Source of the DNA: Mobula hypostoma
Lineage: Eukaryota
Assembly (NCBI RefSeq): GCF_963921235.1
Contig: NC_086101.1
Span: 4,962,001 to 5,022,000 of the forward strand
Direction of reading: 5' to 3'
Length of the DNA stretch: 60,000 bases
Of the stretch, positions 1-12,109 are shown piece by piece (the first letter of the stretch is position 1; each line of letters begins with the position of its first letter). The position numbers and the translations under genes are program-made. The notes beneath the pieces were generated by a model that searched no databases, had not been told where the DNA came from, and saw nothing but the letters and a program-made list of their open reading frames with translations.

Positions 1-524
1 GGGAATCAGCCGCATTGTTGAGTGGGGAGAGTACCGATCCCCACCCCTCCTGAGCTGAACCAGCAGTTATGGCTCCCGGGCGATGCTGGACACCTCCCGT
101 CTGTGCGGGAGTTTTCCTAACTCCAGGCCGACTCTCAGAGTAATAACCACCCAATTCCAAAGCACCCAGACACAGAGAATGGTCAAAGGAGGAGGCTATT
201 TGGCCTGTTGAATACCTGCCAACCCATAGTAAAGCAACTCCCAACCAAGATACTCCGTTTCAGCTTTATAAAACTCTTATTAAGCCGCATCTGAAGTATT
301 GCACACGGTTCTGGTCACCCCACTGTAGGAATGGGGCTTTGGAGAGGGCGCACAAGAGGTTTACCAGGATGCTGCCTGGTTTAGAGGGCGTGTGCTCTAA
401 CGAGAGGGCAGAAAAACTCGAGTTGTTTTCTCTGGAGCAGCGGAGGCTGAGGGGAGACCTGATGGAGGATTATACAATTGTGAGAGGCACAGATAGAGAC
501 AGTATCTTTTCCTCAGGGTAGAAA

Positions 525-2690
525 CATAGAAAACCTACAGCACAATACGGGCCCTTCAGCCCAAACATGTCCTTACTGTAGAAATTACCTAGGGTTACCC
601 ATTGCCCTCTATTTTTCTGAGCTCCATGTACCTGTCCAGGAGTCTTTTAAAAGACCCTATTGTATCCACCTCCACCGCAGCCGCCGGCCGCCCATTCCAC
701 GCACTCACCACTCTCTGTGTAAAAAACTTACCCCTGACATCTCTGTACCTATTCCCCAGCACCTTAAAACTGTGCCCTCTCATGTTAGTCATTTCAGCCC
801 TGGGGAAAAGCCTCTGACTACCCACACGATCAATGCCTCTCATCATCTTATACATCTCTATCAGGTCACCTCTCATGCTCCATCGCTCCAAGGAGAAAAA
901 CCCAAGTTCACTCAACCTATTCTCATAAGGCATGCTCCCCAATCCAGGCAACATCCTTGTAAATCTCCTCTGCACCCTTTCTATGGCTTCCACATCCTCC
1001 CTGTAGTGAGGCGACCAGAACTGAGCACAGTACACCAAGTGGGGTCTGACTAGGGTCCTATATAGCTGCAACATTACCTCTCGGCTCCTAAACTCAATCC
1101 CACGATTGATGAAGGCCAATACACCGTATGCCTTCTTAACCCCAGAGTCAACCTGCGCAGCTGCTTTGAGTGCCCTATGGACTCGCACCCCAAGATCACT
1201 CTGATCCTCCACACTGCCAAGAGTCTTACCATTAATACCATATTCTGCCATCATATTTGACCTACCAGAATGAACCACTTCACACTTATCTGGGTTGAAC
1301 TCTATCTGCAACTTCTCAGCTCAGTTTTGCATCCTATCAATGTCCCACTGTAACCTGTGACAACCCTCCAGACTATCCACAACACCCCCAATCTTTTTGT
1401 CATCAGCTACTTTGCTAACCCATCCCTCCACTTCCTCATCCAGGTCATTTATAAAAATCATGAAGAGTAAGGGTCCCAGAACAGATCCCTGAGGCACTCC
1501 ACTGGTCACCGACCTCCATGCAGAATATGACCCGTCTACAACCACTCTTTGCCTTCTGTGGGCAAGCCAGTTCTGGATTCACAAAACAATGTCCCCTTGA
1601 ATCCCATGATTCCTTACTTTCTCAATAAGCCTTGCATGGGGTATCTTATCAAATGCCTTGCTGAAATCCATATACACTACATCTACTGCTCTACCTTCAA
1701 TGTGTTTAGTCACATCCTCAAAAAATTCAATCAAGCTCGAAAGGCACGACCTGCCTTTCACAAAGCCATGCTGTCTATTCCTAATCATATTATCCCTCTC
1801 CAAATGTTCATAAATCCTGCCTCTCAGGACCTTCTCCATCAACTTACAAACCACTGAAGTAAGACTCACCGGTCTATAATTTCCTGGGCTATCTCTACTC
1901 CCTTTCTTGAATAAGGGAACAACATCTACAACCCTCCAATCCTCTGGAACCTCTCCCGTCCCCATTGATGATTCAAGGATCATCACTAGAGGCTCAGCAA
2001 TCTCCTCCTTCACCTCCCACAGAAGCCTGTCTTCCACCGAGATACAACACGGGGCGTCACGGGAGGTCGTTCCTGCCTGTGGCCACTGAACTTTGCAACT
2101 CCTCCCGTGGAAGGTCAGACACCCTGCGCCAATAGGCTGGTCCTGGACTTATTTCCATCTGGCATAGTTTGCATATTATTGTTTGATTGTTTGTGGTTTT
2201 TGTATTGCTATATTTATACTCTATTCTTGGTTGGCGCGGCTGTAACGAAACCCAGTTTCCCTCGGGATCAATAAAGTATATCTATCTATCTATCTTGTCC
2301 GGTCCTGGTGACTTATCCAACATGACGCTTTTCAAAAGCTCCAGCACAACCTTTTTGTTAATATCTACATGCTCAAGCTTTTCAGTCCGCTGTAAGTCAA
2401 CCCTACAATTGCCAAGATCCTTTTCCGTAGTGAACACTGAAGCAAAGTATTAATTAAGTACCTCTGCTATCTCCTCCAGTTCCATACACGCTTTTCCACT
2501 GTCACACTTGATTGGTCTTGTCATGTCTTATCCTCTTGCTCTTCACATATTTGTAGAATGCCTTGGGGTTTTCCTTAATCCTACTCGCCAAGGCCTTCTC
2601 ATGGCTCCTTCTGGCTCTCCTAATTTCATTCTTAAGCTCCTTCCTGCTAGCCTTATAATCTTCTAGATCTCTATCATCACCTAGAAATAT
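525..2690 (-). mobile_element. CR1 LINE, 5'-truncated (reverse transcriptase and C-terminal domain, disrupted)
   Basis: PGNYRPVSLTS, QHGFVKGRSC, YMDFSKAFD, GVPQGSVLGP, VRPHL.YC.QFWSP, LRGDLIE; split over 3 ORFs. Confidence 0.95.
2030..2294 (+). mobile_element. Rex1/Babar-like 3' fragment with (TATC)n tail, nested in the CR1
   Basis: 3' end similar to the Rex1 copies (tcctgcctgtggcc...gggatcaataaagta); interrupts the CR1 sequence. Confidence 0.7.
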
Positions 2691-2830
2691 TTAATACCAG
2701 AGAGGTAATTTCAAAGGAGATGTGAAGGGCAAGTTTTCAAGTCAAGTCAAGTTGCTTTTATTGTCATGTCAACCATAACTGCTGGTATAGTACACAATAA
2801 AAACAAAACAACATTCCTCCAGCACAATTC

Positions 2831-3940
2831 CTCTGAAACAACACAAAACTACACTAGACTACCTGAAACAACACAAGACTGCACTAGACTACGTGAAACA
2901 ACACAAAACTGCACTAGACTCCGTGAAACAACACAAAACTGCACTCGACTACGTGAAACAACACAAAACTACACGAGACTACCTGAAATAACTCAAAACT
3001 ACACTAGACTACCTGAACCAACACAAAACTACAGTAGACTACGTGAAACAACACAAAACTACACTAGACTACGTGAAACAACACAAAACTACACTAGACT
3101 ACATGAAACAACACAAAACTACACTAGACTACGTGAAACAACACAAAACTACAGTAGACTACGTGAAACAACACAAAACTACACTAGACTACGTGAAACA
3201 ACACAAAACTACACTCGACTACGTGAAACAACACAAAACTACACTAGACTACGTGAAACAACACAAAACTACACTAGACTACCTGAAACAACACAAAACT
3301 ACACGAGACTACCTGAAACAACACAAAACTACACTAGACTACCTGAAACAACACAAAACTACACTAGACTACCTGAAGCAACACAAAACTACAGTAGACT
3401 ACGTGAAACAACACAAAACTACACTAGACTACGTGAAACAACACAAAACTACACTAGACTACGTGAAACAACACAAAACTACACTAGACTACCTGAAACA
3501 ACACAAAACTACACTAGACTACCTGAAACAACACAAAACTACACTAGACTACCTGAAACAACACAAAACTACACTAGACTACCTGAAACAACACAAAACT
3601 ACACTAGACTACCTGAAGCAACACAAAACTACAGTAGACTACGTGAAACAACACAAAACTACACTAGACTACGTGAAACAACACAAAACTACACTAGACT
3701 ACGTGAAACAACACAAAACTACACTAGACTACCTGAAACAACACAAAACTACACTAGACTACCTGAAACAACACAAAACTACACTAGACTACCTGAAACA
3801 ACACAAAACTACACTAGACTACCTGAAACAACACAAAACTACACTAGACTACGTGAAACAACACAAAACTACACTAGACTACCTGAAACAACACAAAACT
3901 AGACTAGACTACATGAAACAACACAAAACTACACTAGACT
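2831..3940. repeat. 30-bp minisatellite (ACCTGAAACAACACAAAACTACACTAGACT), about 37 copies
   Basis: Visible 30-nt periodicity. Confidence 0.97.
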
Positions 3941-4130
3941 TCAGGCCTGCACAGGACTACATAAAGTGCACAAAACAGTGTAAGACAGTACAATAATTAA
4001 CAAACAAGACAATAGGCACAAAGGACAAATTACGATATAATAATAAATTATGCAAATGTAAACAATGTTTTAGCAGGAATTGAGAAAGAAATTAGCAAAA
4101 ATTGCAAAGTGAGTGGAGTGGTGTTCAGTT

Positions 4131-4137
4131 GAGTGTG

Positions 4138-4201
<64 letters not shown>

Positions 4202-4498
4202 TGTGAGTGTGTGTGTGTGTGAGTGTGTGCGTGTGTGTGTGTGTGAGTGTGTGCGTGTGTGTGTGTGTGAGTGTGAGTGTGTGTGTGTGAGTGTGTGAGT
4301 GTGAATGTGTGTGTGTGAGTGTGAATGTGTGTGTGTGTGAGTGTGAGTGTGTGAGTGTGAGTGTGTGAGTGTGAGTGTGTGAGTGTGAATGTGTGTGTGT
4401 GAGTGTGAGCGTGTGTGAGTGTGAGTGTGAATGTGTGTGTGTGAGTGTGTGAGAGTGTGAGTGTGTGTGAGTGTGAATGTGTGTGTGTGTGTGTGTGT
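4131..4498. repeat. (GT)n / (GTGA)n compound microsatellite
   Basis: Direct inspection. Confidence 0.97.
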
Positions 4499-4699
4499 TG
4501 CTGTCAGACTAGACTAGACTCTGGGAGTTGGGGAGTCTAATGGTTTGGGGGTAGAAACTGTTACACAGAGTGCACTGCCTGGGTTGGCGATAGAGGCAGG
4601 CAGATACGGACATTGTGTGGGCAGGAGGGATTAGTTTAGTTGGCCATTTGATACTGAATTGGATCGGCACATCATTGTTCCTGTACTGTCTGTTCCATG

Positions 4700-5720
4700 T
4701 CTTCTCCATTTATTCGGCCAGTTCTCGACCATCGCGTCTGAGCCCAATAGCTTCCCCTCGAACCTTCTGCCGCAACGTTACTCGCGAACTCGCTCCTCCG
4801 CCGAGAGCAATACCTCTCCATGGATGGGGAGGAATTTCTTTAGCCAGAGGGTGGTGAATCTGTGGAATTCATTGCCACAGACGGATGCGGAGGTCAGGAC
4901 GTTTGGGTTTATTTAAAGCGGAGGGTTAAAGGTTCTAAATTAGTCGGGGTTACAGGGAGAAGGCAGGAGAACTGTTTGAGAGCGATAATAAATTATCCAT
5001 GATGAATGACAGAGTAGACATGACGGGCCGAATGACTAACTCGGCTCCTGAGATGGTCGTACGTCCGCCCCACCCTGCCAGCTCGCCCGGGACATCGCCG
5101 GTTTGACCCTTGAGCGGCGGGCCGGAGAATGAGCGCCGTCCCGGGACGTGCGCCGGCTGATTGCTTACCTGGGCGAGGCGAGTGAGAACCGACAGGAAGA
5201 GCAGCCGGGAGACGCAGCGCACAGCCCGCATCCTGGACAGCCTGGTGGTCCTCACCGCCCGGGACACCCGAGTCCGGAAGCAGGTTCATCGGCAGCGAGG
5301 GACTCCATCCTGTAAAGGGGGAGACGGGAGGGAGGAAGCTGAGGTGAGGTACCTCTACGGGCTACAGCGCCTTCGCCCCGGCTGCGGTGCCACGCTGATG
5401 CCAAGGTGTGTCTGGTCTCAGTCGGGACCGCACACGGTCCAAGCGTCACACCTGGAGAATTCTAACAGGACCCCCTCCCTCCGGGAATCTCCTCCTCCTC
5501 CTCCTCCTTCTCTCTCTGCGCGCTCAACCCAGCCGTGCCCGCGGAGCCCGGCATCGGCACCAGCTATGCTGGAGCATTGACCATTTACACCGGGCCAGTG
5601 ACGCCCCCTGGCCGCGGTCAGCGAGTCCCACAGCGCGGAACCTTTAATCCGCGCCGAACTGGGAATCTGCCAAGTCCAATCGGCCAGCACCCGGACCGTG
5701 GCCCTCCCGTCCCTGTACCG
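4700..5720. promoter_or_regulatory. CpG island (promoter of the - strand gene), split by a CR1 3' fragment at about 4815-5050
   Basis: High CpG/GC content; CCAAT at about 5676. Confidence 0.6.
5169..5231 (-). CDS. Putative first coding segment of an unidentified secreted or membrane protein gene (MRAVRCVSRLLFLSVLTRLAQ)
   Basis: ATG at 5231 with A at -3, basic-then-hydrophobic leader, consensus donor CAG|GTAAGC at 5168, upstream polypyrimidine acceptor ccccctttacag (exon 5309 to 5169), all inside a CpG island. Confidence 0.55.
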
Positions 5721-6734
5721 ATCCAAACTTCCCTTGAACGTCGACCACTTCTTCACCTTTAACCCATGACCCATGATCTCTGGTGCAGTCTTTTCCAACC
5801 TCAGTGGATTCAGAATCAGAATCAGCTTTATTATCACCGGCGTGTGTCGTGAAATCTGTTAACCTAGCAGCAGCAGTTCAATGCAATACATAATCCAGAA
5901 GAAAAAAAACACAAATAAATAAATAAATAAACCGATTACAGTATAGCTATATTGAATAGATTAAAAATCATGCAAAAAACAGAAATAATATATATTGAGA
6001 AAGTGAGGTAGTGTTCAAAGGTTGAATGTCCATTTAGGAATCGGATGGCAGCGAGGAAGAGGCTGTTCCTGTGTGTGTGCCGTCAGGTACATGGAGCTTA
6101 GAAAGATAGAGGGCTATGGAGAAGTCTAGTAATTTCTAAGGTAAGGACATGTTCGGCACAACTTTGTGGGCCGAAGGGCCGGTATTGTGCTGTAGGTTTT
6201 CTGTGTTTCTGTACCTCAGACCTGATGGTAACAGTGAGCAAAGGGCAAAAAGCCTGCTAGCATTTACCCTGTCTGCATCCCTCATAATTTTGTATACCTC
6301 TATCAAATCTTTCATTCTCCTACACTCCAGGGAGTAAAGTCCTCACCTTTCCCTATAACTCAGGTCCTCAAGTCCAGGCAACATCCTTGTAAATTTTCTT
6401 TTCAATCTTTCAAACCTACTGCCATCTTTCCTACAGGTAAGTGACCAGAACTGCCCACCATACGCCAGATTAGGCCACAACAACGTGTTAAACAAGTTCA
6501 ACTAATATCCCAACTCGTGTACTCAGTGTTTTGATTTATGAAGGTGCCAAAGGCCTTCCTGATTACTTTATCTACAACTATGGATCTGTAGTTCGAGATT
6601 CCTCCGCCCTACCCCTCACTGTGTAAGTTCTACCTCAGTGTTTCCTCCCAAAGTACAACATGTTTGCATTAAATTCCGGCTGGTCCAGCTCCTGCTGTAA
6701 GCTTTGACGTTCTTCCTCAGCGTGCTCTACACCC

Positions 6735-7235
6735 CCAATCTTGGTTCCTTTACTGCCCGTTACATTGCTGGAGCTTAGGGCAGCAATGGAGGTCCTCCAG
6801 CTCTGTCTGTCCTTGGCCATCTTCTCTATTGTGTCCAGGTGTGGTTCAGGGCCCTCATTTCGGCCTCTATGGTACAGCTCCAAGTTGTCTTTGGTCTCCC
6901 ACATTTCCTCTGCCCCTCAGGGGTACAATTACCCACTGGCTTGACGCTGGAGTCAGCCTCTCTTCTCATCGCGTGCCCAGTCCATCTCCAGCGTTTCCTC
7001 ATGATGATTGTGGCCTTGTCCTCTTGATGACAATGAAGGAGAAGAGTGTGGTTGGAGATCTTTCTTGGCCAGAAGGTATGAAGGATCTTCTGGTGGCTTG
7101 CTGTGTGAAATGGTAACAACTTGACAAGGTCGCTGTCTGTCATGTGCCAGCATTCTGACCCGTACTGGAGTGTGGACAGAAAGGACAGCTTCCCCGTGGT
7201 GTGGACACTGTACTTAGTTGTTCTGAGCCCCGATC
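6735..7235 (-). mobile_element. RTE-clade LINE 3' fragment, nested in a CR1 remnant
   Basis: LSTLQYGSECW...FWPRKISN...RWRWTGHAMR...RKCGRPKTTW. Confidence 0.8.
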
Positions 7236-7427
7236 TTCCTGTCACCCCGAATTTGCTGATCCAGTTATCAATTATCATCCAGATCATTGATATAGATAAC
7301 AACCATCAATGGACCCAGCATCGATCCCTGTGGCACATCAGTAGTCACAGTCAATGGGACGACCATCTCCTACCGCTCTCTGGCTTCTTCCACAAAGCCA
7401 TTGCTGAATCCAATTTACTATCTCATA

Positions 7428-8215
7428 GTTATAGTCATACTTTATTGATCCCGGGGGAAGTTGGTTTTCATTACAGTTGCACCATAAATAATAAATAGTA
7501 ATAAAACCATAAATAGTTACATAATAATATGTAAATTATGCCGGGAAATAAGTCCAGGACCAGCCTATTGGTTCAGGGTGTCTGACCCTCCAAGGAAGGA
7601 GTTGTAAAGTTTGACGGCCACAGGCAGGAATGACTTCCTATGACACTCAGTGTTGCATCTCGGTGGAATGAGTCTCTGGCTGAATGTACTCCTGTGCCCA
7701 ACCAGTACATTATGTAGTGGATAAGAGACATTGTCCAAGATGGCATGCAACTTAGACAGCATCCTCTTTTCAGACACCACCGTCAGAGAGTCCAGTTCCA
7801 TCCCCACAACGTCACTGGCCTTACGAATGAGTTTGTTGATTCTGTTGGTGTCTGCTACCCTCAGCCTGCTGCCCCAGCACACAACAGCAAACATGATAGC
7901 ACTGGCCACCACCGACTCGTAGAACATCCTCAGCATCGTCCGGCAGATGTTAAAGGACCTCAGTCTCCTCAGGAAATAGAGACGGCTCTGACCCTTCTTG
8001 TAGACAGCCTCAGTGTTCTTTGACCAGTCCAGTTTATTGTCAATTCATATCCCCAGGTATTTGTAATCCTCCACCATGTCCACACTGACCCCCTGGATGG
8101 AAACAGGGGTCACTGGTACGTTAGCTCTCCTCAGGCCTACCACCAGCTCCTTAGTCTTTTTCACATTAAGCTGCAGATAATTCTGCTCACACCATGTGAC
8201 AAAGTTTCCTACCAT
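7428..8215 (-). mobile_element. Rex1/Babar LINE, 5'-truncated young copy
   Basis: LDWSKNTEAVYKKGQSRLYFLRRLRSFN...MFYESVVASAIMFAVVCWG; (ATGACT)n tail. Confidence 0.85.
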
Positions 8216-8873
8216 AGTTTCCTACCTTTTGACGCCCTACCATCAGGCAGCGGGCACCGCAGCATTAGACAAGGACTGTTAGGATGGGAAACGGCTTCTT
8301 CCCCCAGGGTGTGAGACTACCGAACTCCCTGCCAACACCCACATCTCATCACATATGAAGCTCCAGTAGTATAAGACTGTTTACTATTTGACTGATGTCA
8401 TAAATGCACTTGTGCTAAATATCAATCTTCTGGAATATATTTCATTATTTGATGTAATATTACTTTACGTGTTGTGCACCTTGGTACATAGGAACATTGT
8501 TCCATTTGGCAGTGTGCACGTACATGATGATGAACTTTCTTTCTTTTTCAACCTTTTTATTAAGTTTCAGATTAATATACATAACAATATTAATGATACA
8601 AAGAGATCGGTGTAACATTGATAATGGTTAACATATACAAGTAAAATTAGAGTAAAATATATAATTCAATCCTCTCAATCTCTAAGCAATTGAAAGTGAA
8701 AAAAGAATTTTATAAAGAACTGCCTAAACTAAAAAAAAATAAAACTCGGATGTCCTATTCCTTTGGATAAGAACATTATTTGTCATTAACTCCACTCCTC
8801 CGTAGATAAACAAAGCAACACTCACAACACGCTGGAGGAACTCAGCAGGTCGGGCAGCATCCGCGGGAACGAT

Positions 8874-8912
8874 CAGTCGACGTTTCGGGCCGGGGATCCT
8901 TCATCAGGACTG
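8874..8912 (-). ncRNA. Minimal type I hammerhead ribozyme motif (Penelope-like)
   Basis: Reverse complement reads CAGTC CTGATGA AGGATCCCCGGCCC GAAAC GTC GACTG. Confidence 0.75.
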
Positions 8913-8975
8913 AAGAGGGAAGGGGCAGAGGCCCTATAAAGAAGGTGCTGGGAGGGCCTCTGCCCCTTCCCTCTT

Positions 8976-9013
8976 CAGTCCTGATGAAGGGTTCCGGCCC
9001 GAAACGTTGACTG
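8976..9013 (+). ncRNA. Minimal type I hammerhead ribozyme motif (Penelope-like)
   Basis: CAGTC CTGATGA A GGGT-TCCG-GCCC GAAAC GTT GACTG: stem I, core, stem II, palindromic ACGT stem III, GUU triplet. Confidence 0.8.
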
Positions 9014-10132
9014 ATCGTTTCCACAGATGCTGCCTGACCTGCTGAGTTCCTCCAGCGTGTTGTGAGTGTTGCTTTGACCCCAGCATCTGCAGATTATTTT
9101 GTGTTTAGATAAACAAAAGATTATTAGAAAAAGGGTTTGAAAAGGGTCAACTTACATCATATGAAAATGTTGAATAAACGGTCTCCAGGTTTTTTTCATA
9201 TTTAACTGAAGAATCAAACACACCACACCTAATTTTTTCCGGGTTTAAACATAATATAGTTTGCGAAAACCATTAAAAAGTAGCAGGAGGATCAGAATCT
9301 TTCCATTTAAGTAAGATGGATCTTTTAGCTATTAGTGTAACAAATGCAATCAAACGGGAAGCAGAAAAGGAGGAACTTGAATTTGACACTCGATGTGGAG
9401 ACTGAGGAAAGCCAACGTACCAAACACCCCGTCTACCTGTGACGCCACTTTCAGAGAACTGTGTACTTGCACTCCGAGGTCGTTCAGCACTCAACTCTGC
9501 ATTCAACATTGGGTGAGCGGAGGAGCCACAGAGTGGTAGCAGATGGTTGCCTCTCTGACTGGAGCCTGTAACTGGTGGAGAGCTTCAGGGATCCGTACTG
9601 GGTCAGTGGTTGTTTGTCATCTATATCAATGATCTGAATGGTAGTATGGTTGACTGATGACACCAAGGTGAGGGTGTAGTGGACAACAAGGAAGACTATC
9701 AATGCTCGCAGCGGGATCTGGACCAGCTGGAAAAATAGGCTAAAAATTGGCAGATTGAATTCAATGCAGACAAGTGCGAGGTGTCGCACTTTGGGAGGAC
9801 AAACCAGAGTAGGTCTCACATGGTGAAGTTCTGAGGAGTGCAGTGGAACAGAGGGATCTGGGAATAGAGTCTGGGAGTTACGTTGCTGCTTGCGAGAACT
9901 CCAGTTAGGCTGCAAGTGAACTATTGCACTCTGTTCTGGTCCGTGTGGTTCAGCAAGGTTGTGCAGGCTTCAGAAAGCGAACAGAAGAGGCTCACCAGGA
10001 TGCTGTCTGATTTACAGAATACGTGTTATATGGACAGGTTGGACAAAGTTGGTTGCTTTCTCTGGACTGGTGGAGGCTGAGGGAAGATCTGATAGAGATT
10101 TACTTTTTTAAACCAAAATAAACTTTACTCAT

Positions 10133-10808
10133 GCAACACACACAAAATGCTGGTGGAACGCAGCAGGCCAGGCAGCATCTATAGGAAGAGGTACAGTCAA
10201 TGTTTCGGGCCGAGACCCTTCGCCAGGACTAACTGAAAGAAGGGATAGCAAGAGATTTGAAAGTGGGGGGAAGGGGAGATCTGAAATGATAGGAGAAGAC
10301 AGGAGGGGGAGAGATGAAGCTAAGAGCTGGAAAGTTGATTGGCAAAAGGGACATAGAGCTGGAGAAGGGAGAGGATCATGGGACGGGAGACCTAGGGAGA
10401 AAGAAAGGGGGAGGGGAGTGCCAGAGGAAGATGGAGAGCAGGCAAGGAGTTATAGTGAGAGGGACAGAGGGAGAAAAAAGAGACAGAGAAGAAAAGGGGG
10501 AAAAAAAGATGATAAATAAATAAATACATAAGGGATGGGGTAAGAAGGGGAGGAGGGGCATTAATGGAAGTTAGAGAAGTCAATGTTCATGCCATCAGGT
10601 TGGAGACTACCCAGACGGAATATAAGGTGTTGTTCCTCCAACCTGAGTGTGGCTTCATCTTGACAGTAGAGGAGGCTGTGGACAGACATATCAGAATGTG
10701 AATGGGACGTGGAATTAAAATGTGTGGCCACTGGGAGATCCTGCTTTCTTTGGCGGACAGAGCGTAGGTGTTCAGCGAAATGGTCTCCCAGCCTGCGTTG
10801 AGTCTTGC
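10133..10808 (-). mobile_element. Penelope-like element 3' fragment (GIY-YIG region C-terminus plus terminal repeat with mutated hammerhead)
   Basis: Minus frame reads LGDHFAEHLRSVRQ...LPVATHFN...LEEQHLIFRL...GMNIDF; hammerhead core changed to CTGGCGA; absent from the duplicated copy at about 43.3 kb. Confidence 0.8.
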
Positions 10809-10979
10809 CAAAACATCTTTACAAGAATAAACTGTGCAACATTGATTAATTCTTAGATTCATAGACAAAGTGTAACGTAGAGTTCAATAAAGGTTTATGT
10901 AGAGTTCAATTACATTTCAAATAATAGCGCTGTTGCCAAAGGTTTGTAAGATTGTGAGAAGCATGAATAGAGAGCGTCT

Positions 10980-11905
10980 ATTGGTAAATTGGATTAGTAA
11001 GTATGTTAGGATAGGTGGTGTTGTGGATAATGAGGTAGGTTTTCAAAACTTGCAGAGAGATTTAGGACAGTTAGAAAAGTGGGCTGAAAGATGGCAGATG
11101 GAGTTTAATGCTGAAAAATGTGAGGTGCTATATTTTGGTAGAACTAATCAAAATAGGACATACATGGTAAATGGTAGGGCATTAAAGAATGCTGTAGAAC
11201 AGAGGGATCTAGGAATAATGGTGCATAGTTCCCTGAAGGTGGAATCTCATGTGGATGGGGTGGTGAAGAAAGCTTTTGGTTTGCCGGCCTTTATTAATCA
11301 GAGCATTGAGTAGAGGAGTTGGGATGTAATGTTGAAATTGTATAAGGCATACTTAAGGCCAAATCTGGAGTATTGTATACAGTTCTGGTCACCAAATTAT
11401 AGGAAAGATGTCAGTAAGATTGAGAGAGTACAGAGGAGGTTTACTAAAATGTTGCCTGGGTTTCATCTCCTAAGTTACAGAGAAAGGTTGAACAAGTTGG
11501 GTCTTTATTCTTTGGAGCGTAGAAGGTTGGGAGGAGACTTAATAGAGGTGTTTAAAATTATGAGGGGGATTGATAGAGTTGACGTGGTTAGACTTTTTCC
11601 ATTCAGAGTGGGGAAGATTCAAACAAGAGGGCATGAGTTGAGAATTAGAGGACAAAAGTTTAGGAGTAACATGAGGGGGAACTTCTTTACTCAGAGAGTG
11701 GGAGCTGTGTGGAACGAGCTTCCAGCAGAAGTGGTTGAGGCGGGTTCGATGTTGTCGTTTAAAGTTAAACTGGACAGCTATATGGACAGGAAAGGAATGG
11801 AGGGTTATGGGCTGAGTGCAGGTCGGTGGGAATAGGATAGGGTAAGAGTTCGGTACGGACTAGAAGGGCCGAGATGTCCTGTTTCCGTGCTGCAATTGTT
11901 ATATG
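10980..11905 (+). mobile_element. Young CR1 3' fragment
   Basis: ORFs 10933-11313 and 11329-11835 (WQMEFNAEKC, LRPNLEYCIQFWSP); absent from the duplicate at about 43490. Confidence 0.9.
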
Positions 11906-12109
11906 GTCTCATAATCTTATTCCCTGGACTGAAATGCCTAATACCAGAGAGCATGCATTTCAGAAACAACTTCTTCCCCTCCGCCATCAGATATCTGAAT
12001 CGATTCTATTGTGTTTACTGGGAATGCCCGCAAGAATATGAATCTATGGGGTGATAAATGGTGACATTATGTACTTTGAATTTTGGTAGAGGCAGGTACG
12101 ATGGGACTC

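Larger units (their letters stand above)
8815..9105. mobile_element. Fold-back non-autonomous Penelope-derived element with 12-bp target-site duplication
   Basis: Inverted arms of about 120 bp around a short spacer; TAGATAAACAAA at 8803-8814 and 9106-9117. Confidence 0.85.
8545..9410 (-). mobile_element. L1-clade LINE 3' end (host of the fold-back element)
   Basis: IAFVTLIAKRSILLKWKDSDPP ORF2 C-terminal signature followed by an AT-rich 3'UTR. Confidence 0.6.

Noticed and set aside
2766..3996. 378-aa and 317-aa decapeptide-repeat ORFs
   Set aside because: Product of a 30-bp minisatellite with unit length divisible by 3; no promoter or splice context
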